Shown: positions 49,622 through 61,124, counted from the stretch's first letter. The stretch is 64,000 nucleotides of DNA from Arenicellales bacterium (GCA_965200765.1 OZ241380.1:2784329-2848328), one strand, 5' to 3'. Notes: generated by a model from the sequence alone, not told the origin. Made by a program: numbers and translations.

Positions 49622-51718
49622 CTAACTTTCAGTTTCAAGCTGCTCGCGGCATGGCAATGCCTCCAATAGTTTCACCAGAGAATCAAATGGCGGACTACAC
49701 GTATTCTCACTGCACAAGTACGCATTTGTTTCTTCTGTAACCGGCAACTGTGCCAATGCCCCGGGGCGTACAGTCGAATCGGAAGGTACCGCAAGAATCG
49801 TCATGTTTAATGGACCTTGATCAACACAAGCACCCAGCCAATCTGCCAACTGATTCGTATCGCCCTGTAGCAAAACCGTAGTTGGTCCTACGAATGCTTC
49901 CTCCGAGGCACACACCAGTGAACCATAGGAAGACGGCATACGCTTTGCACCATCTTGCAGCGCTGAAACGACCGAACGGGCCTCTTCTGTATATCGCAAA
50001 TCGCCCAGCGTATGTCCAACTCTCAATAGTAAACGAGCAAATACACCATTTCCCGAGGGGGTTGCATCATCATGAGTCGGCAAAGACCGATAAAGCAATT
50101 CCTCGTGGTCATCAGATGTAAAGTAAAACGCACCGGATTCTTTATCTTGAAAATACTCAAATATGGCTTCAATCAAATCCAGCATGAAATAGTAGTCGGT
50201 CTCTCGCCATCTCGCCTGCAGGAGCTCGAATACTCCGTCGGCCATGAACACATAATCGTCCAGATAAGCGTTTAAATGCGCCTTGTCTCCTCTCGACGCG
50301 GCCAACAGGCGACCGTCTTTCCACATGCGGTCACGTACATAGTCAACTGCACGTTCCGCCGATTGAACAAACTCCTCGCGATGCAACATTCGACCTGCTT
50401 TTGCCATAGCCTTGATCATCAGTCCATTCCAGGATGCCAGTACTTTGTCATCTAACCCCGGACGAATACGCTTGGAGCGAGCATCATGCAATTTTTGTCG
50501 TCCACTTGCAATTGAACCATCCACTTCACTCTGTGAAAACCCGGTACGTTCGACAACAGTCTCCAGTGAGTTGACTACGCTGAGATGCCACTTGCCCTCG
50601 AAATTCGGAGCTCCGCGCAAACCAAAACGAACCTCGAATACCCGTAGTTCCTGCTCAGTCAGCAGTTTTTGCAACTCCTCCCGTTCCCAAACATAGTACT
50701 TGCCTTCATGCCCCTCCGAATCTGCGTCCAATGCGGAATAGTATCCGCCCGTCGACGATTGCATTTCACTCAACACCCATTCGGCAACACCGGATGCAAC
50801 TTCGTGAAAATCCGGTCGATTGGCAACAAAGCCGTAGTCCACATATACCGGCATCAGCAATGCACTGTCATAGAGCATCTTTTCGAAATGAGGAATTTCC
50901 CACTTTGCATCGACCGAGTATCGGTAAAACCCGCCGCCAATTTGGTCATACAATCCACCATGCGCCATCGCTTGCAAAGTATGCACCGCTTTTTTCATTG
51001 CCGATTCCCTTTCCTTTGCATCCCGCTCCATTGACAAGCTGTATGCAAGCAACAAGTCGTATTGTGTTGAATGCGGAAATTTGGGTGCATCTCCAAAGCC
51101 GCCATAAACCGGGTCGTAGTACGCCTCCAACTCGCGAACAGCATCACTCAGCAACGATTCAGCCGGCCCGGCTTGGGCCTTGCTAGACGCACTCTGTAGT
51201 TTCAGGAATGCATCCTTGATCGCTTTGTTGTGTTGCGGAATTTTGTCTCTGTTGACTTGAAAATTTTGGGCGATTCGGTCCAGCAATTCACCAAAGCCTG
51301 GCATTCCCATTCGTGCCGTTTTCGGAAAGTAAGTACCGGCAAAGATCGGTGTATGCTCGTCAGGTGTAAGAAACATGGTGAGTGGCCAGCCTCCGCCGCG
51401 CTGATTGAACAACTGATGAGCAAGCTGGTAAATCTTGTCCAAATCCGGTCGCTCTTCGCGATCAACTTTTACACAAATATATTGCGAATTCATTTTTTGA
51501 GCGATTTCTTCATCTTCGAAGGACTCGCGTTCCATGACATGGCACCAGTGGCAAGCCGAATAACCAATGGAAAGCAGAATCAGCTTCTCTTCAGCTTTTG
51601 CGCGCGCCAATGCTTCCGGTCCCCACGGATACCAGTCTACCGGATTGTAGGCATGCTGAAGTAGATAGGGACTTGATTCGTGGACCAATCGATTGGGTTC
51701 TTTGCTTGACTCGGACAC
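49622..51718 (-). CDS. Thioredoxin-domain protein of the DUF255/YyaL family (thioredoxin fold + six-hairpin glycosidase-like domain)
   Basis: 698 aa with [54 protein letters not shown], the family hallmark. Confidence 0.85.
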   Translation of the reverse strand: MSESSKEPNRLVHESSPYLLQHAYNPVDWYPWGPEALARAKAEEKLILLSIGYSACHWCHVMERESFEDEEIAQKMNSQYICVKVDREERPDLDKIYQLAHQLFNQRGGGWPLTMFLTPDEHTPIFAGTYFPKTARMGMPGFGELLDRIAQNFQVNRDKIPQHNKAIKDAFLKLQSASSKAQAGPAESLLSDAVRELEAYYDPVYGGFGDAPKFPHSTQYDLLLAYSLSMERDAKERESAMKKAVHTLQAMAHGGLYDQIGGGFYRYSVDAKWEIPHFEKMLYDSALLMPVYVDYGFVANRPDFHEVASGVAEWVLSEMQSSTGGYYSALDADSEGHEGKYYVWEREELQKLLTEQELRVFEVRFGLRGAPNFEGKWHLSVVNSLETVVERTGFSQSEVDGSIASGRQKLHDARSKRIRPGLDDKVLASWNGLMIKAMAKAGRMLHREEFVQSAERAVDYVRDRMWKDGRLLAASRGDKAHLNAYLDDYVFMADGVFELLQARWRETDYYFMLDLIEAIFEYFQDKESGAFYFTSDDHEELLYRSLPTHDDATPSGNGVFARLLLRVGHTLGDLRYTEEARSVVSALQDGAKRMPSSYGSLVCASEEAFVGPTTVLLQGDTNQLADWLGACVDQGPLNMTILAVPSDSTVRPGALAQLPVTEETNAYLCSENTCSPPFDSLVKLLEALPCREQLETES

Positions 51719-51859
51719 TGAACTGAAAAAACCAATTTGCTAAGTGGATGAAGATTTTTTTGAAAATTGCTTGTTCAGTTTATACCACTTTCGATGGTTC
51801 AACCTTGCCATGATCAATCAGGAGATACAACCACACTCCCGCATCTGAAGAAGCGAAGT

Positions 51860-54358
51860 TCAAAAACCACGATCGTACCGCATCAACAGCGCAACGTCAT
51901 TCAATCCACGAGAATGCCCTTTGCTACGGGAAACAATTGCCGCCAGATTCAAACTTCCTTCACACCATGGCCGCTGGTATTTGAATTCCAAATCCAATTG
52001 GCGACCTGTCGGTACCAGAGAAATGATTTCTTCTTCAAGCGTCACCTGTCTGTTACGGTCTCGGCCGCTCACCCACCGCACTGTGGTTTGACCTGCTTCA
52101 ACGCGAAGCGGTTGTGAAACTCGTATCGCGATACTGTCACCGCGCTTGAAAATCCCCTCTCTGACAACACCCGCGTCAAATGCACTCATCGCAAGCGACG
52201 ATATATCTGTCAGCATTCCTCGGTCAGTCGTACCGGTACGACTCACGCCACCCCAAATGCTACCCAGCAACTTCCATTGACTGGCGGTTGTCTTGTGTAC
52301 GGAAATACCGGCAAATCCGGTGGTTGCATTCAAACCACCGAACGCGCCGCTTGCATTGCTGCCAACCAAACCGTTTTGCTCCTGCAAAACGCCAAGTTGA
52401 AATCCTATGCCTGACTGTTCACCCTTCCCGATAAAGAATTCCACCGCCGCGCCGTGCGACGAACTTGATGCGGCATCGCGTTGCAATCCGTACTGGGCCT
52501 TGCCATTGAAGACAGCAAAATTCAATTCGCTTTCGCTTGAACGCAACCCCTGAAAAGATACTCCCGCAAAAATACCGTCGCGCACCACTGAAAACAGTGG
52601 GTTTGCAAAAGCAGAATCATCAACAAATGAATTTGGCTTCAACACATTTTCGCTTTGTAAGCCAAACTGCCAGCCGGGAGGCATTCTAAAACCAAAATAG
52701 GATTCATGGTCATCACCCGTGTACGTCATGGACAATCGCTGTACATCTGCTTCCAATTGACCAGGGTCCGAATTCAATGAACGCAAGGAACTTCTGTAAT
52801 TACCAGCAACTGAAGTCGTTGCCTGTTCAGATTGGTGCAACTGAATGTGCACCTTAAGATCTCCTTGATTCCATTGAATCCCTGTTGGCACACTGCCCAG
52901 ATTTGCCAATTGATTCTTTAAATGATCAGTAGCGGCCGGTGATGTATAAACATACTCACCAAATGAACGGAAGAAAGGTGCATCCAATGAATCGAACACT
53001 GCAATTTCCCGAGTTGACAAAGCAGAATCAAGCGCATCCCCGACCGCGGCTGCAAGAGAGAGCGAACTGAGATTTTCCAGCTCGAAACTGCCGGACAATT
53101 GATCGCCAGTCAAAATTCGAGTATTCTGGCGCGGCCAAGTGGCTACATTCAGATCCATTAAACCCTGACCATAAATATCCTCATTCGCGTAAATACCCCG
53201 ATCATTTGCAGTTTCCAACAAGCGTTCAACAATCTCATCATTGCCCAGCTGATCGCGATAAAACTGTTTCAACAAGGCAAATCCACCGGCAACCAGTGGT
53301 GCTGCAAATGACGTGCCGCGGGCCGACCCAACATAGCAACCCTGATTTGAACCGGCTACGGATTGTGGACTGCAGATGATGCTGGCTACCGGTCCTTTCA
53401 CTGTACCGGGCGCCGCCAGGCAAAATTCTTTCGCAACTCCGCAATGATTAGAGTAATTGGCAATTGTCCCGGAATTGTCAACGGCTACAACAGCAAGTGA
53501 ATGGCCCTGAAGTTCACCAATGCGATACGGTATTCCCGAATACAACAAAGGCGAATATTTTACCTCGGGAATATTGGTACCTCCCGCGTTGCCGGCGGCC
53601 CACACATAAACAGTTCTTTGCGAAGCAGGACGATCCGCCTGTTTCAACGCCTCAATCATTTCGGGATAAACCGTCAGCAATCGCTCGCGACTGGTCCCGA
53701 TAATTCCGTAAGCTCGTGCATAACTGATATTGACTACGTCGGCATGCTGATTCATTCGATTGAAGATGTCGGCCTGAAATGGGTCAAAGGCACTTTGACT
53801 GATTTCCGGTATGGATCCTGAATGATAAACCGGCCGACCGCTTCCAAGGCGAATTCCGGCAGACAGCAGTTTCGAGTCAAAAGCAATACCATGGATCGGA
53901 AGCGAGCGATCTGTTGTGTCTCGGTTTGACACCATGACACCGCCAACAGTTGTTCCATGAGACGGAATGTTGTCCAGACAACGGCCGGAGGGTTCGCTAC
54001 GTCGCAAGCACGCGTTGAATACTGGATTGTAGCCTTCAGCATTCCAGCTGTTGGCTAGAATTTTACCACCCGAAAACTCCGGATGAGTCTTGTCAATACC
54101 ATTGTCCACCATGCCGATGACAACGTTTTCACCCGTTGCGCCGCGAGCGTACGCATATTGGGCCTTGACTAGATTCAATGCGGGTTGGTTCTGGAATTCT
54201 CGAAAATTTTCATATTGCATGCGTAATTCGGTTTCGGTACCTGTGGGGCGTTCCCCCGGACTGACCCTTGCACTCCCAATTGATGAACCGCCGCCACCGC
54301 ATGAAATCAGAAACAAAGAAAAGCCGAGGACACAAACTGAAAATTTAACCAAATCCAT
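51860..54358 (-). CDS. Lipoprotein subtilase (S8) autotransporter, NalP/SphB1-like (paralogue A)
   Basis: It has the lipobox FLISC. The S8 triad contexts are VIGMVDNGID (Asp), SHGTTVGG (His) and GTSFAAPLVAGG (Ser). The C-terminal beta-barrel ends MRYDRGF. Confidence 0.85.
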   Translation of the reverse strand: MDLVKFSVCVLGFSLFLISCGGGGSSIGSARVSPGERPTGTETELRMQYENFREFQNQPALNLVKAQYAYARGATGENVVIGMVDNGIDKTHPEFSGGKILANSWNAEGYNPVFNACLRRSEPSGRCLDNIPSHGTTVGGVMVSNRDTTDRSLPIHGIAFDSKLLSAGIRLGSGRPVYHSGSIPEISQSAFDPFQADIFNRMNQHADVVNISYARAYGIIGTSRERLLTVYPEMIEALKQADRPASQRTVYVWAAGNAGGTNIPEVKYSPLLYSGIPYRIGELQGHSLAVVAVDNSGTIANYSNHCGVAKEFCLAAPGTVKGPVASIICSPQSVAGSNQGCYVGSARGTSFAAPLVAGGFALLKQFYRDQLGNDEIVERLLETANDRGIYANEDIYGQGLMDLNVATWPRQNTRILTGDQLSGSFELENLSSLSLAAAVGDALDSALSTREIAVFDSLDAPFFRSFGEYVYTSPAATDHLKNQLANLGSVPTGIQWNQGDLKVHIQLHQSEQATTSVAGNYRSSLRSLNSDPGQLEADVQRLSMTYTGDDHESYFGFRMPPGWQFGLQSENVLKPNSFVDDSAFANPLFSVVRDGIFAGVSFQGLRSSESELNFAVFNGKAQYGLQRDAASSSSHGAAVEFFIGKGEQSGIGFQLGVLQEQNGLVGSNASGAFGGLNATTGFAGISVHKTTASQWKLLGSIWGGVSRTGTTDRGMLTDISSLAMSAFDAGVVREGIFKRGDSIAIRVSQPLRVEAGQTTVRWVSGRDRNRQVTLEEEIISLVPTGRQLDLEFKYQRPWCEGSLNLAAIVSRSKGHSRGLNDVALLMRYDRGF

Positions 54359-54530
54359 TGCTCTACTGAAAGTTGATGAAATCGCAAAATCTCTCGTTTA
54401 GCTCACCTGCAACAAATTGTGTCAAGTCAGATTATCAGAAAAATTTGCAACACTTGTGCGCGGACACGTCTGAGGAGGCTTCACACTTGCTGGCATTCTT
54501 TGCGGGCACATTCTTTTGCAATCAACTCCA

Positions 54531-55790
54531 TCACAAGCATTGCGATGCACGCTCGTCTTCCGAGTTCAACGCAATCTCACATTTTCCACCTCTTTTCTGG
54601 CATTCCTTGATCGCTCTTTCTTCGGCACGCAACTCGGTGCCGTACCCATAGGAATAACCGTAATTTCCCCGATTCGCAGAAGAAACAGCAATTGCAACAC
54701 ATTCCAGTATTCCTGCTTGCAAGACTTTACATGCAATTGACTTGTGGCGGCGAGATGCCTTGCAGTTCGAAAGCGCATCTGCTCTTGCTCCCTTCGGACT
54801 ATCACCATTCCCGAATGCCCAGGCATATTTGCCAACAGCATTTCTTCCGTAGGCGATGGCCGTAAAAATCTCTGGCCTTGCTTCCGTGTTTTCGACGCAA
54901 TCAGTTACACAATTTTGAACTGCGGCACGGAATGTAACTGAATCCTTTACCCCACTATGGTTCGCATGATCAAGTTTGATGAATTTTGCACTGACACCTT
55001 TTTTCTGGAGTTTTTCAATGTACAGTTTCGCAATGACAGGGTGAGTGTTATCGTCTTCACTGCCTGTAATAGCGACAACCTCAGTGTCAACAGGGACCGA
55101 ATTGACGTAGTTGTGGGGCGACAAGCTGTGGGGACGACTGCTCCATCGATTCATTGAAGTCCAGCGGCGGATGTTGCATGGACAGGCAGTAAGTACAGCC
55201 GCATTTACCAACCCCGGGTATTGTCCAAGAATCACTCCGCTGATCGCCGCGCCGCCAGATTGTCCAATCAATACAACACGTTTCGACTGATGATGTTTTT
55301 TGAGTTTGCCGATCGCGGACGCGATTGCACTGACGACAGGCCCCCGATAGGCATCGCCGATACCGATATAACCATTGCCAGACGATCTTGAACCCGCGGC
55401 ATCACGGTACCCCGGACGGATCAGCACTATCGCTGTAACATTCTCGCGAGCAATTCGCTTGGCATCAGCATCAAAACCATCGGCGGGCGTGTCGGACCAA
55501 ATATCACCATGTATGAATATAAACAGTGTCTGATTGCCGGGCCGGGCGTTGAACGTATGAATGACAAGACATTCATCTCCTCCTTGCACACGCGTGATAT
55601 TGTCGGGAGTCAGACATTCCGCCGGAGTCTCTACTACTGATGTACGAGCAGGAGCACAACCGGCAATTGCCAGTGCCAGCATGGAAATTGCAAGAATTTG
55701 CAACCAGCTCTTGACATCTCCAAATTCAATGTTGTCTACAATTGGGTTGCTTTGAAATCGCAGGAATATACGACGGCAATATTGAATCAA
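54531..55790 (-). CDS. Lipoprotein alpha/beta hydrolase with C-terminal DUF4189-like Cys-rich domain
   Basis: It has the lipobox LAIAGC and the nucleophile elbow GQSGG. The C-terminus AIAYGRNAVGKYAWAFGNGDSPKGARADALSNCK...CKV...CVAIA...YGYSYGYG...AIKECQKRGGKCEI follows the DUF4189 pattern. The start is uncertain. Confidence 0.6.
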   Translation of the reverse strand: MIQYCRRIFLRFQSNPIVDNIEFGDVKSWLQILAISMLALAIAGCAPARTSVVETPAECLTPDNITRVQGGDECLVIHTFNARPGNQTLFIFIHGDIWSDTPADGFDADAKRIARENVTAIVLIRPGYRDAAGSRSSGNGYIGIGDAYRGPVVSAIASAIGKLKKHHQSKRVVLIGQSGGAAISGVILGQYPGLVNAAVLTACPCNIRRWTSMNRWSSRPHSLSPHNYVNSVPVDTEVVAITGSEDDNTHPVIAKLYIEKLQKKGVSAKFIKLDHANHSGVKDSVTFRAAVQNCVTDCVENTEARPEIFTAIAYGRNAVGKYAWAFGNGDSPKGARADALSNCKASRRHKSIACKVLQAGILECVAIAVSSANRGNYGYSYGYGTELRAEERAIKECQKRGGKCEIALNSEDERASQCL

Positions 55791-55820
55791 AGCAAGCCTG
55801 AATTGCTGGATATTGTTGAG

Positions 55821-58637
55821 CTAAAAGTTGCGGTCGTAACGCATCAACAGTGCTGAATCGCTTGCACCTGTAGAGTGGCCTGTGTGCCGAGATACTATCG
55901 CCCCGAAATTTGCGTGACCGCTTCTCCACGGACGACCATAAGTCAGTTCAACATCAATCTGTCGACCCGAAGGTTCAAGGGACAAGGATTGTTGTTCTAT
56001 GTTAATCTCTTCGTAACGCGTTCGCCCGGAAATCCAGCGAACATCCGCAGAACCAGATTCAACTCGCAACGGCTGAGAGACACGAATCGCCAATGAATCA
56101 TTTCGATGAACAACACCTTCACCAGATAGCCCCAAATCAAACGCGCTGACTCGCAAAGGCGAAATGCTGGTAATCATTCCCAATTTTTTCACACTTGTAC
56201 GCGTCAGGCCACCATGCAGATTTGCCAACAATGTCCAGTTTTTGTTGATGGAAGTGTGAGCCGACAGGCCGGCGAAACCGGTATTCGCCCCCAGGCCGCC
56301 AAAAGCACCGCTTGCTCTGCTGCCGACCAACCCGCGAGGTTCTTGTAACCATCCCGTCTGAACACTGAGCCCACTTTTTTGATTACTGAACGGACTGTAT
56401 TCAACAATTGCTCCATGTGCCTGACCTGATGAGTCATCCCGACGGTCCCCGTACTGGCTGTTTCCTGCAAATGCCGCAATCCGAAGGTTTTGGTCTGTAG
56501 ATGAAATGCCGTTCAGCGATATCCCGGCTGTCGCACCGTTTCGTACCAGCGATAGCATAGGATTGGTAAAGGCTGTGTCCTCGGAAAACGTACCCATCTT
56601 CAGCGCACCTGCCCCGTACAAACCCAAACGCCACCCCGGATGTGTTCGAAAACCCAAATACGCTTCCCGGTCTCCAAATTGCCTGGTGACCGAAAACATG
56701 CCAAGTGTGGAATTTGAGTGATTTAAACCGGTTCCGATTCCTGAGTCAAATGAGGAAGTGTCTTCATCTTCATGTCCTGAAGGTACCGCTTGGGCACTGA
56801 AGTCAAATCCGTGATTACTCCAGCTCGCCACTGCCCGAGTATTCCCCAAGGCAGACAATCTGCTACTTAACGTTACTGATGCCGCCGGTACAGGCTGTGC
56901 ATAGCTGTCCAATGACCGGAAAAATGGTGCATTCAAGTCATCAAATGCCGCAATATTCCGTGATGCGAACCCTTTTGGAAAAGCATCTCCGAATGCGGGT
57001 CCCAGTAATATTAAACTGGCTTTTTCCTGTGCCGAGTCACCACCAAGATTTTCACCCGTCAGCAACCGGGTTGTGCCCACCGGTCGTGTTGCGGCATCCA
57101 GATCCAGCAATCCCTGACCGTAAATGTCTTCATTCGCATAAATGCCATCATCATTCGCAGTCGCCAGCAATCGATTTACGATCTCATGACTCCCAAGCTG
57201 TCCCCGATAATACTGCTTCAGCAAAGCAAATCCACCCGCCACCAGTGGAGCCGCGTAGGACGTCCCGCTTACACTCCTCGCATAGCACCCCATTCTTCCC
57301 GGGCCGCAAAGAATATCAGGAACCGGTGCTTTTACGGTGCCCGGTGCGGCCAAGCAAAACGCTTTGGAAAGACCGCAACGATTGGAGTAAGCAGCAATCT
57401 CGCCGTCTGTGGTATCTACAGCAACAACCGCAATAAATTGACCCTGAAGTTCGGTAATGCGGAGCGGAAAACCGGCATAGAGCAACACATTGCTTTTGAC
57501 AGTATCGTCAGCGAAATTCTTGTTGCCCGCGTTGCCGGCAGACCATACATACACAGTTCTGTCAGCACGATTTGTACCTGTTTGCTTCAAGGCCTCAATC
57601 GCGGTCGGAAATGATCGGAGCAATTTTTCCCGGCCGGTACCCACGATGCTGTGAGTACGTGAAAAACTCATATTTGCAACCGCCACCCTTGAGTTTAGCC
57701 AGTTGAAGATAGTATCAAAAAATGAATCGGCCGAAGAAGGCTCGCTGTCGGTGATTTCAGCAGAACTGTAAACTGTTTCGGGGCTACCACTACCCAAGGG
57801 AATGCCAGTGACGGCCAACCTGGCACCGTAGGCTATGCCATGCATTGCAACTGTTCCCGCCGCCTCTTGACGCCGACCCACCAACACGCCGCCAACAGTT
57901 GTTCCATGACGATTTACATCAGCAAGACAAGAACTCCCGAACCCGGACGGACAACTGTCATAGTTTGGCGTGTATCCGGATGCATATTCAATTTCTGTGA
58001 TTTTGCCGCCGGAAAACTCCCGATGACGCTGATCAAGTCCGTCATCCACAATGCCAATGACTACACCATTGCCGTTTGCTCCTCGCGCATATGCATACTG
58101 TGCTTTTACCAAACTCAATGCAGGCTGATTTTTGAACTCTTGAAATTCTTCAATCGCACGTCTCAAACTGCTCTCTGTTGGGGCGCGAGCTGTCGGAGTC
58201 GATGGAGCCGGTGGAGTCGGTGGTACTACCGAAGACACCGGAGCTTGTGGTTGCGAAGGCGAACTTGGTGCCGGTGCACTTGGTAAACTTGGTAAGCGTG
58301 GCGCAGTTGGTTCAGTAGGTGCTGGTGGTTGCGGTGCACGCGGGATACCTAACTGCGGCGGAACGGGCTTGGTCGGTGCAGAAGGAGCCGGTGCTTGCTG
58401 TTGTTCCAGTTCCTGAGTTGGTACTGATTCATCCGCTGGAGAAGATGGACCACTCAATGATGATGCAACTGAAACGAACTGTAGCCAATCTGACGGCTGT
58501 GCTGGGTCGGGTTGTGGTGGTGCTACCCCATTCGATTGCGAAGGAGAAACAGATACCATTTGTTGGCCGCCACCGCCGCATGCAGACAAAAGCACAGACA
58601 ACAAGACAAAATATACGAGATGTTTTCCTGTTTTCAT
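55821..58637 (-). CDS. Lipoprotein subtilase (S8) autotransporter, NalP/SphB1-like (paralogue B, with Pro-rich linker)
   Basis: I prefer the start at 58637 (MKTGKHLVYFVLLSVLLSAC, lipobox LSAC). The triad contexts are VIGIVDDGLD, RHGTTVGG and GTSYAAPLVAGG. The barrel ends MRYDRNF. Confidence 0.85.
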   Translation of the reverse strand: MKTGKHLVYFVLLSVLLSACGGGGQQMVSVSPSQSNGVAPPQPDPAQPSDWLQFVSVASSLSGPSSPADESVPTQELEQQQAPAPSAPTKPVPPQLGIPRAPQPPAPTEPTAPRLPSLPSAPAPSSPSQPQAPVSSVVPPTPPAPSTPTARAPTESSLRRAIEEFQEFKNQPALSLVKAQYAYARGANGNGVVIGIVDDGLDQRHREFSGGKITEIEYASGYTPNYDSCPSGFGSSCLADVNRHGTTVGGVLVGRRQEAAGTVAMHGIAYGARLAVTGIPLGSGSPETVYSSAEITDSEPSSADSFFDTIFNWLNSRVAVANMSFSRTHSIVGTGREKLLRSFPTAIEALKQTGTNRADRTVYVWSAGNAGNKNFADDTVKSNVLLYAGFPLRITELQGQFIAVVAVDTTDGEIAAYSNRCGLSKAFCLAAPGTVKAPVPDILCGPGRMGCYARSVSGTSYAAPLVAGGFALLKQYYRGQLGSHEIVNRLLATANDDGIYANEDIYGQGLLDLDAATRPVGTTRLLTGENLGGDSAQEKASLILLGPAFGDAFPKGFASRNIAAFDDLNAPFFRSLDSYAQPVPAASVTLSSRLSALGNTRAVASWSNHGFDFSAQAVPSGHEDEDTSSFDSGIGTGLNHSNSTLGMFSVTRQFGDREAYLGFRTHPGWRLGLYGAGALKMGTFSEDTAFTNPMLSLVRNGATAGISLNGISSTDQNLRIAAFAGNSQYGDRRDDSSGQAHGAIVEYSPFSNQKSGLSVQTGWLQEPRGLVGSRASGAFGGLGANTGFAGLSAHTSINKNWTLLANLHGGLTRTSVKKLGMITSISPLRVSAFDLGLSGEGVVHRNDSLAIRVSQPLRVESGSADVRWISGRTRYEEINIEQQSLSLEPSGRQIDVELTYGRPWRSGHANFGAIVSRHTGHSTGASDSALLMRYDRNF

Positions 58638-58996
58638 CAAAGCTTGGTTTCTGAAATTGTTTTGAGACTCTGAATTGTTGAAATACAGTGTGAATAATTG
58701 AAAATTATAAATTTTTGTGAAATGCAAATGCACTCTGTTGACATTAATTTCATTTGAAGTTTTTGTACATGCCAAGGATTCCCTGAATCATTGAAACAGT
58801 GGTCAATCGCAGTTTCAAATTGCATGGCCCGATCACAGTTCTTCCGGGGAGTTGCACAACTTGGCACTCAATGCACTAGCGCGGTTGCAACTGGACAAGC
58901 ATCTCGCGATCAACACCGACGAAAGCAAGAGCCCGGCATTTCTCCCCGGGTTCACAGACCCAACTCGAAAATCTGAAACTTGCTGCCCGCACAACA

Positions 58997-60643
58997 CTAC
59001 TCAATACCTGAGTGCACCAGTAGTTTTACTCCCGCTCCAAAGGGATGATTGATTAGTCTTGCTCTCTGCTCTTGCTGACCTTTCAGTTGCCAGTCAAACC
59101 ACGCTTGAATAAAGTAATTTCGCATTACATGCGGTAAGAAAACCTGTTTCCCGTCTGTTTCAATCCAACCAAGCGCGTTGTATTGTTCCGCTTCCAAGGC
59201 ATTTTGATTTCGGTCCAAAGGCACGCGCCGACCCTCCAAGACTTCACCCGGTATGAAAGTGACATCATCCACGGCTGTAGCATGTCCCTGGTCTTTGAAC
59301 ATGAGCAAAATTTTTCTCGCAGTTGCTCTTTCATAAGCACTTTTTGCTACGGGTTGAGGATTGTCATCGGTTGGCCACACTTGCTCGGCAGGCAATGGCA
59401 TGGTTTCCTGAATGTCGCCACCTGCATTGGCATACCACTTGAAAAATATCTCCTTGAATACCATGTGCACGAAGTTGTCATCCGAGCCGATAACAAACAG
59501 GATATCTTTTGGTACTCCATCCGGCGTGGCAACGTTGCCGGATTTGTCAGGAAAACCTCCGTAAGGTTCCCAACTTCTTGGAACTCCATTGTTGAATGCA
59601 GCCGCAGTCTTGACTTCCGGTATGTTGACCAATGCTGACTGTGTGGTAATTGAACCCAGTGAATGACCCATTACACCGATGTTGTCAACATCAATTTTGC
59701 CTTTGAAAAACGAGTCTTGTTCGTTCAACTTCGATATGGAACGAATGACAGTCGCCAAATCTTCTGTGCGTTGCTCAAACAACTCTGCCATCATTTTCCC
59801 GGCTTTGACCCCGCCCCCCTTAACAGCCTTGAGGGTCGAAATGTCGGGAAAATTTGATTCCGTCTTCACTTCAAGATCCTCACCGTAGAGAATTCTGAAA
59901 AAATTTGAAAACACTACCGTGCCGCCTGAATGGAGCAGTTTATAGTCTTGCAGCAAATCTTCAGTTGATCTTGTTTTTGCATAATTGGAGGCAGGATCTT
60001 CAAATACGGGGGTAGAACCACTATCCGAAGTGTAGGCAATGGTCGCAACAATGTACCCTTGGGTCGCCATGAATTCAGCGGCCCGATTCCAGGTGTTGTG
60101 TCCACCACCCAATCCGTGAATCATGACGATCAGCGGAAATTGACCGTCAACAATACTCGCGTCTTTATAACTCTGTCGTTGGATGACCCGTCGCCCAGCG
60201 GGATTTTCCATACCGTGCTGGGCTTGCAAGGAACCTTGCAGGTCAGCGCTACCTTCATAGAAATCTACTTCGGTGGCGAGTTGGCCATCTCGAGCCGCGT
60301 AAAGCGGGACAGGCAATACGTTCAAATCTTGGGCCAGTTCGGACGATCTGTTCGTCGGGTAGTAGATATTTGTGTGAACAGTCCTGACGTCCCCAGCAGC
60401 TTCAATTTTTGACAGAAGCTGTCTGTATTCATCCGTTTTGTATTTCTTTCCCCAGTCATCAAATCCGGCGTTTTCGTTATGGAAGAAGTACGACTTTACG
60501 CCTGCCGCGTACTTGGCGGATGGGGCATCCAACGCAGCTTGACTTAATTCCATACCCATATTCGACATTGTGTTTGTACAACCGGCAAGCAACATCATGC
60601 TTGCACAAAAAAGAAATTGTTTCAATTCAAACTCCATTCTCAA
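58997..60643 (-). CDS. Lipoprotein alpha/beta hydrolase (lipase/esterase; PAF-acetylhydrolase/dienelactone-hydrolase-like)
   Basis: It has the lipobox LLAGC, an oxyanion-region IHGLGGGHNTW and the nucleophile elbow GHSLGS. Confidence 0.7.
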   Translation of the reverse strand: MRMEFELKQFLFCASMMLLAGCTNTMSNMGMELSQAALDAPSAKYAAGVKSYFFHNENAGFDDWGKKYKTDEYRQLLSKIEAAGDVRTVHTNIYYPTNRSSELAQDLNVLPVPLYAARDGQLATEVDFYEGSADLQGSLQAQHGMENPAGRRVIQRQSYKDASIVDGQFPLIVMIHGLGGGHNTWNRAAEFMATQGYIVATIAYTSDSGSTPVFEDPASNYAKTRSTEDLLQDYKLLHSGGTVVFSNFFRILYGEDLEVKTESNFPDISTLKAVKGGGVKAGKMMAELFEQRTEDLATVIRSISKLNEQDSFFKGKIDVDNIGVMGHSLGSITTQSALVNIPEVKTAAAFNNGVPRSWEPYGGFPDKSGNVATPDGVPKDILFVIGSDDNFVHMVFKEIFFKWYANAGGDIQETMPLPAEQVWPTDDNPQPVAKSAYERATARKILLMFKDQGHATAVDDVTFIPGEVLEGRRVPLDRNQNALEAEQYNALGWIETDGKQVFLPHVMRNYFIQAWFDWQLKGQQEQRARLINHPFGAGVKLLVHSGIE

Positions 60644-61124
60644 TTATTGTAAAGTTGAGTAGATTGTACTGCAAGATGGGTTGTGATGGACAACGAAAAA
60701 TGTCCGGATTGCAGGTCTTGGAACTGACGACAGATCGGCACTTGGCATGTATGATGGATGCAACGTGTGACGGGACAGGCGACGCTTCGGTTGAATCCTC
60801 CGACTTCATTGCTGGGGCACCCAGCAGCACTCGACCCGCATGTCTCGCCAGAAGCGGTTCTGTCACATCAAAACTGATTTGCAACTGTTTTCAGGTATAG
60901 TATCTGTGTGCATGGCGCAAGCCTTCCAGATGGGTTTATGAATTTGCGCATATTGTCCTTTTATACGACAATTTCTGTTGTATTGGGTGTATAGGGCTGA
61001 TAACACAGAGAATTACCCGAAAACAGTTGAAGTATAATTGATTGCCGTCATATGCTGATTGCAGAATGAATCCAATATATGATATAGCACACAAAAGCAT
61101 AGTATAGTCGAGGAACAACGAAAA

